Shown here: positions 10,893 to 19,008 of the stretch, piece after piece | How the letters are laid out: every line of letters begins with the position of its first letter | Numbering within the stretch: position 1 is the first letter of the stretch | Source: an uncultured Candidatus Saccharibacteria bacterium | GTDB lineage: Bacteria; Patescibacteriota; Minisyncoccia; Sungbacterales; JACQCQ01 | Direction: 5' to 3' | Length of the DNA stretch: 64,000 nt | Assembly (NCBI GenBank): GCA_964494945.1 | Contig: CAZBTX010000003.1 | Location: forward strand, 47,897 to 111,896 | Made by a program: the position numbers and the translations under genes | The notes under the pieces: generated by a model | What the model was told of the DNA's origin: nothing | Seen by the model: the letters and a program-made list of their open reading frames with translations, nothing else | Database searches by the model: none

Positions 10893-11449
10893 CACATTCC
10901 AGCGGACTTCTTGGTTTTATAAAGACCCTGCTAATTACACTCATAGCTCTTGTGGCTTTGGGGTATTTGCTGCCATATCGGATATTTTCTGCGATTGGGT
11001 CGTCATCAGGCCAAATTCTGGAGGCATATACCAAGCTTGCCCGCATTGATATGGCCAAGCTTTCCGCGCGCCGGAACCAGCAAATGCTTGCAGAAAACGA
11101 GCAGAAAATCGCGCGCGTGAACACGACTTTTTTCTCACCCGAAAATCCCTTGCCGCTCATAGAGCATTTGGAAGCGTTGGCGAAATCCGCTCAAGTGGAA
11201 CTGAAAATCAATTTAGTGCAAATTCCCGGGTCGGAATTTCCCGACTTTCAGCTTTTGGTTTCCGGCGTCACCCCACAAATTTTCTCGTTTCTCCGCATGC
11301 TGGAAAACGGGGATAAGGTAATTGTTGTGAGTACTGCTTCATTTGATAAATTGGGTCCGCAAGAGCTTGCCTCCGCGGGCGGCAAGAGCGGCGTCAGGCC
11401 TCCTCCGGAACGCTTAACGATAACGGTGCGTGGATTGCTCACGAAATAA
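10889..11449 (+). CDS. PilO-like protein
   Basis: N-terminal TM, coiled coil, FLRMLEN; follows pilN. Confidence 0.65.
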   Translation: MTHSSGLLGFIKTLLITLIALVALGYLLPYRIFSAIGSSSGQILEAYTKLARIDMAKLSARRNQQMLAENEQKIARVNTTFFSPENPLPLIEHLEALAKSAQVELKINLVQIPGSEFPDFQLLVSGVTPQIFSFLRMLENGDKVIVVSTASFDKLGPQELASAGGKSGVRPPPERLTITVRGLLTK

Positions 11450-11486
11450 ACTTATGCTTTTGCCTTTCTCACAATACTTAAATAAT

Positions 11487-11753
11487 ATGAAGCGCCCCTC
11501 ACTTACTTTAAGTACCGCGCTTGAGATTGTTATTGTCGCAGTAGGACTTCTTTTTGCAACGGCGATAGTGTGGGCGGCACTCGTCTATTACCGTAATACG
11601 CTGCCTTTGGTGGAAAATATGCCTCTCGCGAATTTCAAGCCGCGTGAGCTGAACATTCCCGACCTTGATCGGGTAATAAAATTGCTGGATGCGCGCCGGT
11701 CTCAATTTACCGGCTCTTCCACCCCACCCGATGTCTTGAACGTGTTTCGTTGA
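11487..11753 (+). CDS. small single-TM pilus-operon protein
   Basis: MKRPSL..., one TM, last gene of the pilMNO run. Confidence 0.55.
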   Translation: MKRPSLTLSTALEIVIVAVGLLFATAIVWAALVYYRNTLPLVENMPLANFKPRELNIPDLDRVIKLLDARRSQFTGSSTPPDVLNVFR

Positions 11754-11833
11754 TTTTAAAAGTCAAATTGATTTTCTCCGCGGTTCCCGATACAATTCCG
11801 TCTGCATTTGTATCCCTCCCCGTAGTTCAACTT

Positions 11834-11932
11834 GCCCCCACACCAATCCCCTCGTAGCTCAATGGACAGAGCAGCGCTCTTCTAAGGCGTTGATGAGGGT
11901 TCGATTCCTTCCGAGGGGATTGGTGTGGGGGT
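11834..11932. mobile_element. CCCCCACACCAA...TTGGTGTGGGGG element carrying a complete tRNA-Arg
   Basis: gcccccacaccaa (11834-11846) and ttggtgtgggggt (11920-11932) flank the inner tRNA. Confidence 0.75.
11848..11919 (+). tRNA. tRNA-Arg(TCT), nested inner copy
   Basis: Acceptor CCCCTCG/CGAGGGG, D arm GCTC/GAGC, anticodon loop CTTCTAA, T arm GAGGG-TTCGATT-CCTTC. Confidence 0.92.
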
Positions 11933-12063
11933 GAAGACAGAACTCCGGACTTCTAAGCTCTTGATCGAGGTTCGATTCCTCGCGAGGGGACACTTTAGAA
12001 AAATTATGGAATTGCACCGATAAAAACCGCAAAAGAACCCAAATTCTAAATCATAATTTTTTC

Positions 12064-12312
12064 ATGCTTTATACACTCAAACCGCACGCGCGAATGCGTA
12101 TGCGAGAGAGAAAAATTACTGAACGTATCATTAAAGACGTACTCGACAATCCCACTAAGATCGAATATGATACAAAAGGTAGAGTGTTATTCAAGAAACT
12201 TTATCAGAATAAAGGAAAAGAACGCCTTGTACTTATTGTAGGCGAAAGACGAGGAAATTTAACGGAAATTATTACGATAATAGACACAACTAAGGTTAAA
12301 AAATATCTATGA
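12064..12312 (+). CDS. DUF4258-like (RelE/BrnT-fold) putative toxin
   Basis: HARMRMRERKI motif, 82 aa, overlaps a DUF2283-like gene. Confidence 0.75.
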   Translation: MLYTLKPHARMRMRERKITERIIKDVLDNPTKIEYDTKGRVLFKKLYQNKGKERLVLIVGERRGNLTEIITIIDTTKVKKYL

Positions 12313-12545
12313 ACAAAAAAAACATAAAAATCTTATATGATAAAAATAGTCAAGTTCTTTCTTTAGAAATTAGGAGGGGGGAAAGTGTTGACTCTGATAT
12401 TCAGGACAACGTGGTACTTGATTATGATAAAAGGGGCAAAATCGTCAGAATCAATCTCTACGATTTTAGTTTTGATCAATTTCGATCTAAACGTTCGGCG
12501 CTCAAAAAGTTCTCTCGCCAGCTCCTTTTATCGCCACGGCGATAA
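12309..12545 (+). CDS. DUF2283-like putative antitoxin
   Basis: YDKNSQVLSL ... VVLDYDKRGKIVRI pattern. Confidence 0.75.
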   Translation: MNKKNIKILYDKNSQVLSLEIRRGESVDSDIQDNVVLDYDKRGKIVRINLYDFSFDQFRSKRSALKKFSRQLLLSPRR

Positions 12546-12690
12546 AAACCGCCAAAGAACCCGTGAAAAACATCGGCGGGAACTATATTTTGAATTTGCT
12601 TGCACTTGAGTATAGTCGAAGTGGGGGACGGAAAAATTTTCATAAGGATCTTATACGAGAGGTAATAGAAGTGCTGATTTTTTGTTGCTA

Positions 12691-12719
12691 TTGACTTTTG
12701 CGAATGTTTATTCTATACC
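12691..12719 (+). promoter_or_regulatory. putative sigma70 promoter
   Basis: TTGACT-17nt-TATACC upstream of the 12775 ORF. Confidence 0.45.
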
Positions 12720-12774
12720 GTAAACAGTAGTTCAATCCCCTAAATAGCCGTCAACAGACGGCAAGGAGGAGCTC

Positions 12775-13311
12775 ATGATCAGCCGACACACTCTCGAAGG
12801 ACACATGGATGTTCGGGAAGTAAAGGTGAGGCCGGCCATATATCACCTGGTCGGTCCAACCACCGAACGGATGCCGGTGATGACGGGCGAACGTCCGATG
12901 AACTGGGGCTGGGAGAAGCTCTCGGAGCTTTCCGAGATCGCCGGGACCCGAGGCACCGATCTGGTGATGGAGTTTATCTGCATCAGGCCCTGGCGCCTCG
13001 GAAGCAGAGAAGGTGGTAGTATCACACTCGCTATCCCCGACTCCCCAGATGGGTTCGTCATGTATGGCAGAGGCGAGAAGTTTCTAACTCGGGGCTGCTG
13101 GGGGAGCGGGCCCCTCTACACTGTCGCGATCGAGGAAGCCGAGTTTCGGTCGTACCTAGACAAGATGATCGCCAGTCATGAGGTTTTTGTGCCGGCCGGA
13201 TGGGCGATCGCGGTCCTTGAGGACATGATGAAGATCCGCCGCCGCAGGGATGATCAGCGACACAATGACGAGGAGCGGCGGCGACGTGAAGAGGCTTCTC
13301 AGTTCGGCTAA
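12775..13311 (+). CDS. hypothetical protein
   Basis: 178-aa high-GC ORF with AGGGAG SD. Confidence 0.6.
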   Translation: MISRHTLEGHMDVREVKVRPAIYHLVGPTTERMPVMTGERPMNWGWEKLSELSEIAGTRGTDLVMEFICIRPWRLGSREGGSITLAIPDSPDGFVMYGRGEKFLTRGCWGSGPLYTVAIEEAEFRSYLDKMIASHEVFVPAGWAIAVLEDMMKIRRRRDDQRHNDEERRRREEASQFG

Positions 13312-13543
13312 AGGAAAGGCGTGCCAGCGCCGAGCAACAACTTCTGACGAAGTACCTGGCAGTACTTCGTCTTTATTTTTACGCGAATTTGCCGCCACAT
13401 CCTTTGTTAAAGCTACGGAAGGGCAAAGCAAAGAAAAACTTGCCTGTCCGTCTCGGGCGGAAAAATTTGATGGTTCGTTCGCCTGGGGCGGGCGAACCAA
13501 CCCAGGACTTAATCAAATTTCTACTACCTGGCATACTTAATAC

Positions 13544-14437
13544 GTGGCGCGGTTTTTCGTTTTTAAAAAAACGCCGAGCAGCACTAAACCCGGATTTACG
13601 TTAATTGAAGTGCTGATAGTTATTGGCGTCTTAGCCATTATCGGCTCAATTTCGTTAGGGGCTCTTTCGCGTTTCCGGGGCGGAAGCCAAATAGATACGG
13701 CGGTTAGATCGGTTCTGGGGACATTAAGACTTGCGCAATCAAAGACCCTGGCCTCCGAGGGTGACGCATCGTATGGCGTGCATTTCGAATCAGATCGCGT
13801 AGTGCTTTTTCAGGGGCCTGTGTATTCTTCAGGCGCCAGCGGCAATCAGATAGTGCTATTACAATCTCCGGTAAGGGTTGCCGTTATCTCGCTGACCGGG
13901 GGCGCGGCAGATACACTTTTTGGGCGCGTAACGGGCACCTCCAGCGTTTCTGGGGCCGTTACTCTTTCTGACGGGACAAGAACCAGAGTCGTAACACTTG
14001 AATCGTCCGGGCAAGCCCGGGCAGAAGCGGCCGCGCTGGCAGCAGGCAATACGCGCATTACTGATACTCGCCACGTAAATTTTTTGCTTGGCTGGAGCAT
14101 TCAAAACGCCACCGCCCTGAAACTTATATTTTCCAATCCGCCTAATCCCGATACGGTGCAGTCAATCGGCATGAGTCCGTATTTCAACGCCGACAAATCC
14201 TCCTTTGACTGGAGCGGTACAGTGAACGTCAACGGAGACAGCCAGACGCTCCGCGTCCACACCGTTTCGCTGGATGCGGTCAATACCCATCTCTCAATTC
14301 ACCGCGATCGCGGCCTTAACGATAAGGCAGTCGCAATCTTTATTACCGACGGCGGCTTTGATAAGGAGATTGTGAGCTACACTGCCGCCGGTACGTCCAC
14401 CGCCGGCATTTATGGCGGGACCATGACGGTGCAGTAA
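13544..14437 (+). CDS. type IV pilin-like protein
   Basis: G|FTLIEVLIVIGVLAII N-methylation motif. Confidence 0.85.
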   Translation: MARFFVFKKTPSSTKPGFTLIEVLIVIGVLAIIGSISLGALSRFRGGSQIDTAVRSVLGTLRLAQSKTLASEGDASYGVHFESDRVVLFQGPVYSSGASGNQIVLLQSPVRVAVISLTGGAADTLFGRVTGTSSVSGAVTLSDGTRTRVVTLESSGQARAEAAALAAGNTRITDTRHVNFLLGWSIQNATALKLIFSNPPNPDTVQSIGMSPYFNADKSSFDWSGTVNVNGDSQTLRVHTVSLDAVNTHLSIHRDRGLNDKAVAIFITDGGFDKEIVSYTAAGTSTAGIYGGTMTVQ

Positions 14438-14477
14438 AAATCCTAATTTCTAATATCTAATTTCTAGGCAAATCCCA

Positions 14478-15041
14478 ATGATTAAAATTACAAACTCAAA
14501 ACACAGATTTAAGAAATTTGAATTTAGAATTTTGAATTTGTTTAGGATTTCGGATTTAGGATTTAGAGTTTCCGCATATGGGGGTTTCGGTTTGATTGAG
14601 GTTATTATCACCTCGGCCTTGATCTCGCTGGTGCTGGGCGCCTTTATTCAAGTGGCCAATGTTTCGCTTAAACTCCTGCAAAACGAAAAATATACTCTGG
14701 AAGCGTCTTATCTTTTGGAAGAAGGCATAGAGGGGTTGCGGGTGATCCGCGACAGCGGCTGGGACGCCAATATTGCGCCTTTGGCCAACGGTACCAGCTA
14801 CTATCTGCTTGCGGCTTCAACCTATTCCTTAACCGCCGTGCCCCCGCCGTTTATCAACGGGCGCTATATGCGCACGATTGTCTGGGGCGCGGTAAATCGC
14901 GATGCCAACGACCGCATCGCGTCTGCTGGGACGCTTGACCCCGGTACGCGGCAAGCAACCGTTACCGTCGCCTGGTCAAATCGCCAGGCCACCACATCGG
15001 TCCAGTCGGTTATTTATCTTACGAATTTTAGGCAGGACTAG
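14478..15041 (+). CDS. type IV minor pilin (PilV-like); leader read through a heptamer repeat
   Basis: G|FGLIEVIITSALISLV; N-terminal FRILNLFRISDLGFRV is encoded by repeat DNA. Confidence 0.8.
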   Translation: MIKITNSKHRFKKFEFRILNLFRISDLGFRVSAYGGFGLIEVIITSALISLVLGAFIQVANVSLKLLQNEKYTLEASYLLEEGIEGLRVIRDSGWDANIAPLANGTSYYLLAASTYSLTAVPPPFINGRYMRTIVWGAVNRDANDRIASAGTLDPGTRQATVTVAWSNRQATTSVQSVIYLTNFRQD

Positions 15042-15078
15042 CTATGTTCAAGCATTATTTCCGCCCATTGGGTTTCAC

Positions 15079-15180
15079 CCCGTTAGAAATTTCTAAAATG
15101 TGCTGTTTAGTATCATGAGGTTTTATCCCAGGAAAGAAAACCACATTTCCTCACCAGCTCTTGCGGGATTTCTAACGGGG
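15079..15180. mobile_element. CCCGTTAGAA...TTCTAACGGG element inserted in a prepilin leader
   Basis: 14-bp IR accccgttagaaat/atttctaacggggt; TTCAC direct repeat at 15074-15078 and 15181-15185. Confidence 0.8.
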
Positions 15181-15681
15181 TTCACGCTTATTGAGATCAT
15201 GGTCTATGTTGCCATCTTGGCGGTAATTTCGGCGTTCCTTTTGCAGACGCTCATTTCTTTTTCGGCGGTCTACCGCAAAGTCCAGGCGGAACGCGATGTG
15301 CTGGCCAATGCCCGCGGCGCCATGGAAACGCTGGGTCTGGAAATCCGCGGCGCTAAGAATGTTTATACTCCCACATCCGCTCTCTCGGCGACCACAAGCC
15401 AACTGTCGCTCGCAACTTCACTAAGTTCTAATGTGAACGAGGCGTTAACGTACGTTGATTTCTACGTTGATAATAAGCGCTTGTATTCAAAGCGCGAAGG
15501 CGCCGCAGCTTCTCCCATAACTTCGGAGAACGTGGAAGTCGCTGAATTTTTAGTGGAGCGCGTAACGGCTGGAACACGCGAATCAGCGCGGATAACGCTG
15601 ACACTCACTTCCGCGCTTCGCGGCCCGTTCCAGGCCTCCTCAACCATTACCGCCGCTTTTACGCCCAGAGGCAATTACTAA
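15115..15681 (+). CDS. type IV minor pilin (PilW-like)
   Basis: G|FTLIEIMVYVAILAVI; the present start lies inside the inserted element. Confidence 0.8.
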   Translation: MRFYPRKENHISSPALAGFLTGFTLIEIMVYVAILAVISAFLLQTLISFSAVYRKVQAERDVLANARGAMETLGLEIRGAKNVYTPTSALSATTSQLSLATSLSSNVNEALTYVDFYVDNKRLYSKREGAAASPITSENVEVAEFLVERVTAGTRESARITLTLTSALRGPFQASSTITAAFTPRGNY

Positions 15682-15724
15682 CAAAATTTTCAATTATCAA
15701 TTTACAATTTTCAATCAAATCAAA

Positions 15725-17032
15725 ATGTACCAATATTCCAAACATTTGAAAATTGAATCATTGAAAATTCATTGGAAATTAGGAATTGAAAATTGGAAAT
15801 TTCAGAAGGGGTTCGCCGCCTTGACCTCGTTAATATTTGTTCTGGGCATTTCGCTGGCGTTGATTTCGGGTTTCGTGTTTGTAACACTTCGCGAGGTAAA
15901 AACTGCCAGGAACTTCTCGCAGTCGATGAGGAGTTATTACGCCGCGGAGAGCGGTGTGGAAGACGCGATATATCGCTTCATTACGGGGAAGCAAATTACG
16001 TCCGGCGAAACTTTGGCTACCGGCACTGCCACCGGAACCATCTCCATCGCCACTCTTGGCGCGGAGAAAACCATCACTGTTTCCGGCGTCGCCCCCAACC
16101 AGTACTATCGCAAAGTGGAAGCCAAGATCGCTTCCCAGGTTATGGATGTCGGGTTTCATTACGGAGTGCAAGTGGGGTACGGCGGTCTGACTTTGGGCGA
16201 TGGTTCGGAAATCGTGGGCGACGTCTTTTCTAACGGCAAGATTAAAGGCGCCGGCAAGGCAAAAAGCACGGTAACGGGTACAGCGGAAGTTGCCGGCACC
16301 AGCACTATAGAAGATATTAAAATAAACCAAAACGCCTACGCCTATAGCTTTGAAGATTGCGCTATCGGCGGCGTGGCGAATTATTTCAATTCCTTTTCCG
16401 AATGCACCGCCGGCGGAGGCGCGGTAGTAATGAGCCAGCAAATACCGGCGCAGAATTTTCCCATCTCGCAGGACGACATTACCGCGTGGGAGAACGATGC
16501 TTCCGCCGGCGGCTATACGTCAAGCTACTCGCTTGGCAATAACACTTCCGGTTCGCTCGGCCCCAAGCATATTACCGGGGACGTTACCCTGGGCAATAGT
16601 TCCACACTGACTCTTGGCGGAACGGTTTGGATAAGCGGCACGCTAACATTCGGCAACACGGATAAAATAAAACTTGATTCGTCGTATGGAGCAAACGGCG
16701 GGATAATTATCGTGGACGGTGCGGTTGATATGAGCAATAAACCCATCCTAGAGGGTTCGGGACAAGCCGGGAGCTATTTGCTGCTTATCTCAAATTATAG
16801 AGGCGCGGGGTACGCTATCAATGTGGGGAACAGCGCCTCAAGTTCCGTGTATTTCGCGCCCAACGGTACGATCAATTTAGGCAACGGCATAGATTTGCTG
16901 GAGGCAACGGCATACAAGATTATCATCGGCAATAATGCCTCGGTCACGTATCAGCAGGGGCTTCTGGATACAAATTTCACTTCCGGTCCCACCGCAAACT
17001 GGTCAGTAAAAAGTTGGAAGGAGGTTCAGTAA
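15725..17032 (+). CDS. PilX-like minor pilin with beta-rich C-terminal domain
   Basis: KG|FAALTSLIFV, YYAAESGVEDA; leader encoded by heptamer repeat 15683-15802. Confidence 0.8.
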   Translation: MYQYSKHLKIESLKIHWKLGIENWKFQKGFAALTSLIFVLGISLALISGFVFVTLREVKTARNFSQSMRSYYAAESGVEDAIYRFITGKQITSGETLATGTATGTISIATLGAEKTITVSGVAPNQYYRKVEAKIASQVMDVGFHYGVQVGYGGLTLGDGSEIVGDVFSNGKIKGAGKAKSTVTGTAEVAGTSTIEDIKINQNAYAYSFEDCAIGGVANYFNSFSECTAGGGAVVMSQQIPAQNFPISQDDITAWENDASAGGYTSSYSLGNNTSGSLGPKHITGDVTLGNSSTLTLGGTVWISGTLTFGNTDKIKLDSSYGANGGIIIVDGAVDMSNKPILEGSGQAGSYLLLISNYRGAGYAINVGNSASSSVYFAPNGTINLGNGIDLLEATAYKIIIGNNASVTYQQGLLDTNFTSGPTANWSVKSWKEVQ

Positions 17033-17033
17033 T

Positions 17034-17141
17034 CCCGCCAGAAGTCACGATCGCAAAATATAGATTAGAAACATATTAACTTCTTCAATTTAAGATTCTA
17101 TAAGGCATGAACGCGTTTGATCGCGATCTGCTTCTAACGGG
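17034..17141. mobile_element. CCCG(CC/TT)AGAAG...CTTCTAACGGG element
   Basis: cccgccagaagtcacgatcgc ... gatcgcgatctgcttctaacggg; homologous to 22394-22501. Confidence 0.75.
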
Positions 17142-17180
17142 ATGAATTTCTACCAAGAGGTCTATAAGTGGGTAAGAAAA
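17142..17180 (+). pseudogene. 5' remnant duplicate of the Atl gene at 18673
   Basis: MNFYQEVYKWVRK versus MNFYEEVYKWVCK. Confidence 0.7.
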
Positions 17181-17266
17181 ATTCTTTGAGAAAACGCAGA
17201 TGCAAATAGAAAAGAAGTATACCAAGGGCCGCGATTGAATCGCGGCCCTTTCGTGATTTATGGAAA

Positions 17267-17527
17267 CTACCCCCTGGGATAGGCAGCCGTCCACTCAGTG
17301 AGCTTTCCCATAGCCTCCTCGACATTGTGTGTAGGGCGAAGCTCCTCGTAGTATTTCTCATCGAGCTTCGTGAGGAAGATGTTCATTTCTTCAACCTCGA
17401 TCTCGAAAGCCCGCCCGATGGAGATACCATCCTCCCGTTGGCGCTTCAGCGCTTGCTCATATAAACCCTGTGCGAACATCGTGAGTCCTTTCAGCATCTT
17501 GGGGTTGAATCCACAAAGTGGCATCAT
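17267..17527 (-). CDS. hypothetical protein
   Basis: MMPLCGFNPKML..., AGGAG SD; hairpin at about 17224-17251 downstream. Confidence 0.6.
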   Translation of the reverse strand: MMPLCGFNPKMLKGLTMFAQGLYEQALKRQREDGISIGRAFEIEVEEMNIFLTKLDEKYYEELRPTHNVEEAMGKLTEWTAAYPRG

Positions 17528-17700
17528 TTTCTCCTTTTCTGTTTCTGTTCTTGATTCCATTCCGTCATGCTTTTCAGGGTTTCCTCGACTGTCTGCGTCT
17601 CTCTGAATTTTTTGAACATCTTATCTCGGGTAATCCAGAGAGCATCCTGTTTCTCCCAATCCCCGTCGCTCTCCCCAAGCTAATCAGCGTTGAACACCAT
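17524..17700 (-). pseudogene. small ORF interrupted by in-frame TAG
   Basis: AAGGAG SD; MVFNAD*LGESDGDWEKQDALW...; stop overlaps the next ATG. Confidence 0.35.
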
Positions 17701-17857
17701 GGGTAGTGTCTCCTTATAGGTAGTGTCTCCTTGCTGGGAATGAACTGTCTGTGCCTATCTCACAGCAAATAAGTATTATGGTCAAAAAATGCCTTATTTT
17801 AATATAGTAAGTAAACACTCTGTTTACTTTTGAGTACTTCTTTGCTATTCTCCAAGT

Positions 17858-18676
17858 ATGGCTATTTCAGTCGAGGAATCAGTACTCGAGGCTATTCGGC
17901 GGGGTAGTATGGCTACTTCAGGTCTCGTTCATAGTTTAAGACCTATTACAAAGCAGGGTGTCTATCGGGTTTTGAGAAAATTGAAAGAGGAGGGGAAAAT
18001 CGTAATCCATGGAAAAGAAGTATCGCTGAATCTTCAGTGGATCAAGAAGATGAGTGAGTTTTTTTCACTTGCAGAGTATTATTACTCGCCCAAAGCCGGG
18101 GCTGATAGTTTCTTGAATCTTTCTGATTTGGACAAAGTCGTATATTTTTTCAAAAATCTGAATTTACTTGACTCATTTGCGAGCCATATATTGCATATGC
18201 TTAACGAAGTTGTGGATTCAAAGGAACCGATTTACGCATACAATCCACATGAATGGTTTTTTTATGCGCGGCAAGAGGCAGAAGAAATGTTGGTTGATGC
18301 CTTCAATCAAAGCAAAAGGCAAATCTTAATTACCTCAATTCACCATGATCCTCTCGATAAAGAATTAAAGAAACACTATAACAACGACCTCGTCCAGTAC
18401 GATATTTCTGGCCGACAAATCAGAGACGATACCTATTATTTTGTTGTCATTGGTAACTACTTGATAGAGCTCTTCCTGGATGAAAAAATAGCGAAGGAGA
18501 TTGACACATTCTATAAACGGACGAAGCTGTTTGATGAAAAAGCGAAAGCCGAACTTCATGAAATCGTGTTTACGCCTAGCCGAAACAAGTTAGTCATCTC
18601 ACGGAATCGGAGTAAAATTGAGAAATATAAAAAAGTTTTATCGAGAAACTTTTTTATCTCAAGCCATATCATATGA
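17858..18676 (+). CDS. hypothetical protein with N-terminal winged HTH
   Basis: TKQGVYRVLRKLKEEGKI HTH-like segment; AT-rich. Confidence 0.65.
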   Translation: MAISVEESVLEAIRRGSMATSGLVHSLRPITKQGVYRVLRKLKEEGKIVIHGKEVSLNLQWIKKMSEFFSLAEYYYSPKAGADSFLNLSDLDKVVYFFKNLNLLDSFASHILHMLNEVVDSKEPIYAYNPHEWFFYARQEAEEMLVDAFNQSKRQILITSIHHDPLDKELKKHYNNDLVQYDISGRQIRDDTYYFVVIGNYLIELFLDEKIAKEIDTFYKRTKLFDEKAKAELHEIVFTPSRNKLVISRNRSKIEKYKKVLSRNFFISSHII

Positions 18677-19008
18677 ATTTTTACGAAGAAGTTTACAAAT
18701 GGGTGTGCAAAGTCCCGCGCGGAAAAGTTGCCACCTACGGCCAAATCGCCTCTATTATTTCAACACCGCGCTCGGCCCAAGTGGTGGGGTTTGCGCTCCG
18801 GGCTCTCCCGAAAGATAACGATGTCCCGTGGCAGAGGGTGATAAATTCCCAGGGCCGCATTTCCATACAAAATCCCAGATGGCCGCAATCGGAACAAGCG
18901 CGATTATTAAAAAAAGAAGGCGTTAAAGTCATTTATAAAGAGAATGCCTATTGGGTAGATTTGGATAAATATTTATACGAGTTCCGAAGACCAAAAACCG
19001 CCTTATAG
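18673..19008 (+). CDS. alkyltransferase-like protein (Atl/YbaZ, MGMT family)
   Basis: VPRGKVATYGQIA, VPWQRVINSQG (Trp in place of the catalytic Cys). Confidence 0.88.
   Translation: MNFYEEVYKWVCKVPRGKVATYGQIASIISTPRSAQVVGFALRALPKDNDVPWQRVINSQGRISIQNPRWPQSEQARLLKKEGVKVIYKENAYWVDLDKYLYEFRRPKTAL

Larger units (their letters stand above)
11816..11990 (+). pseudogene. outer degenerate tRNA-Arg(TCT) split in the D-loop by an inverted-repeat element
   Basis: 5' CTCCCCG-TA-GTTC-AAC; 3' part GACAGAAC, loop CTTCTAA, CGAGG-TTCGATT-CCTCG, CGAGGGGA; anticodon stem no longer pairs. Confidence 0.75.
12018..12562 (+). repeat. 23-bp direct repeats flanking the toxin-antitoxin pair
   Basis: cgataaaaaccgcaaaagaaccc (12018-12040) and cgataaaaaccgccaaagaaccc (12540-12562). 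Confidence 0.8.

Noticed and set aside
17680-17682. Stop-codon recoding (TAG read-through)
   Set aside because: Single instance; other genes terminate normally at TAG, TGA and TAA, so a nonsense mutation is simpler.
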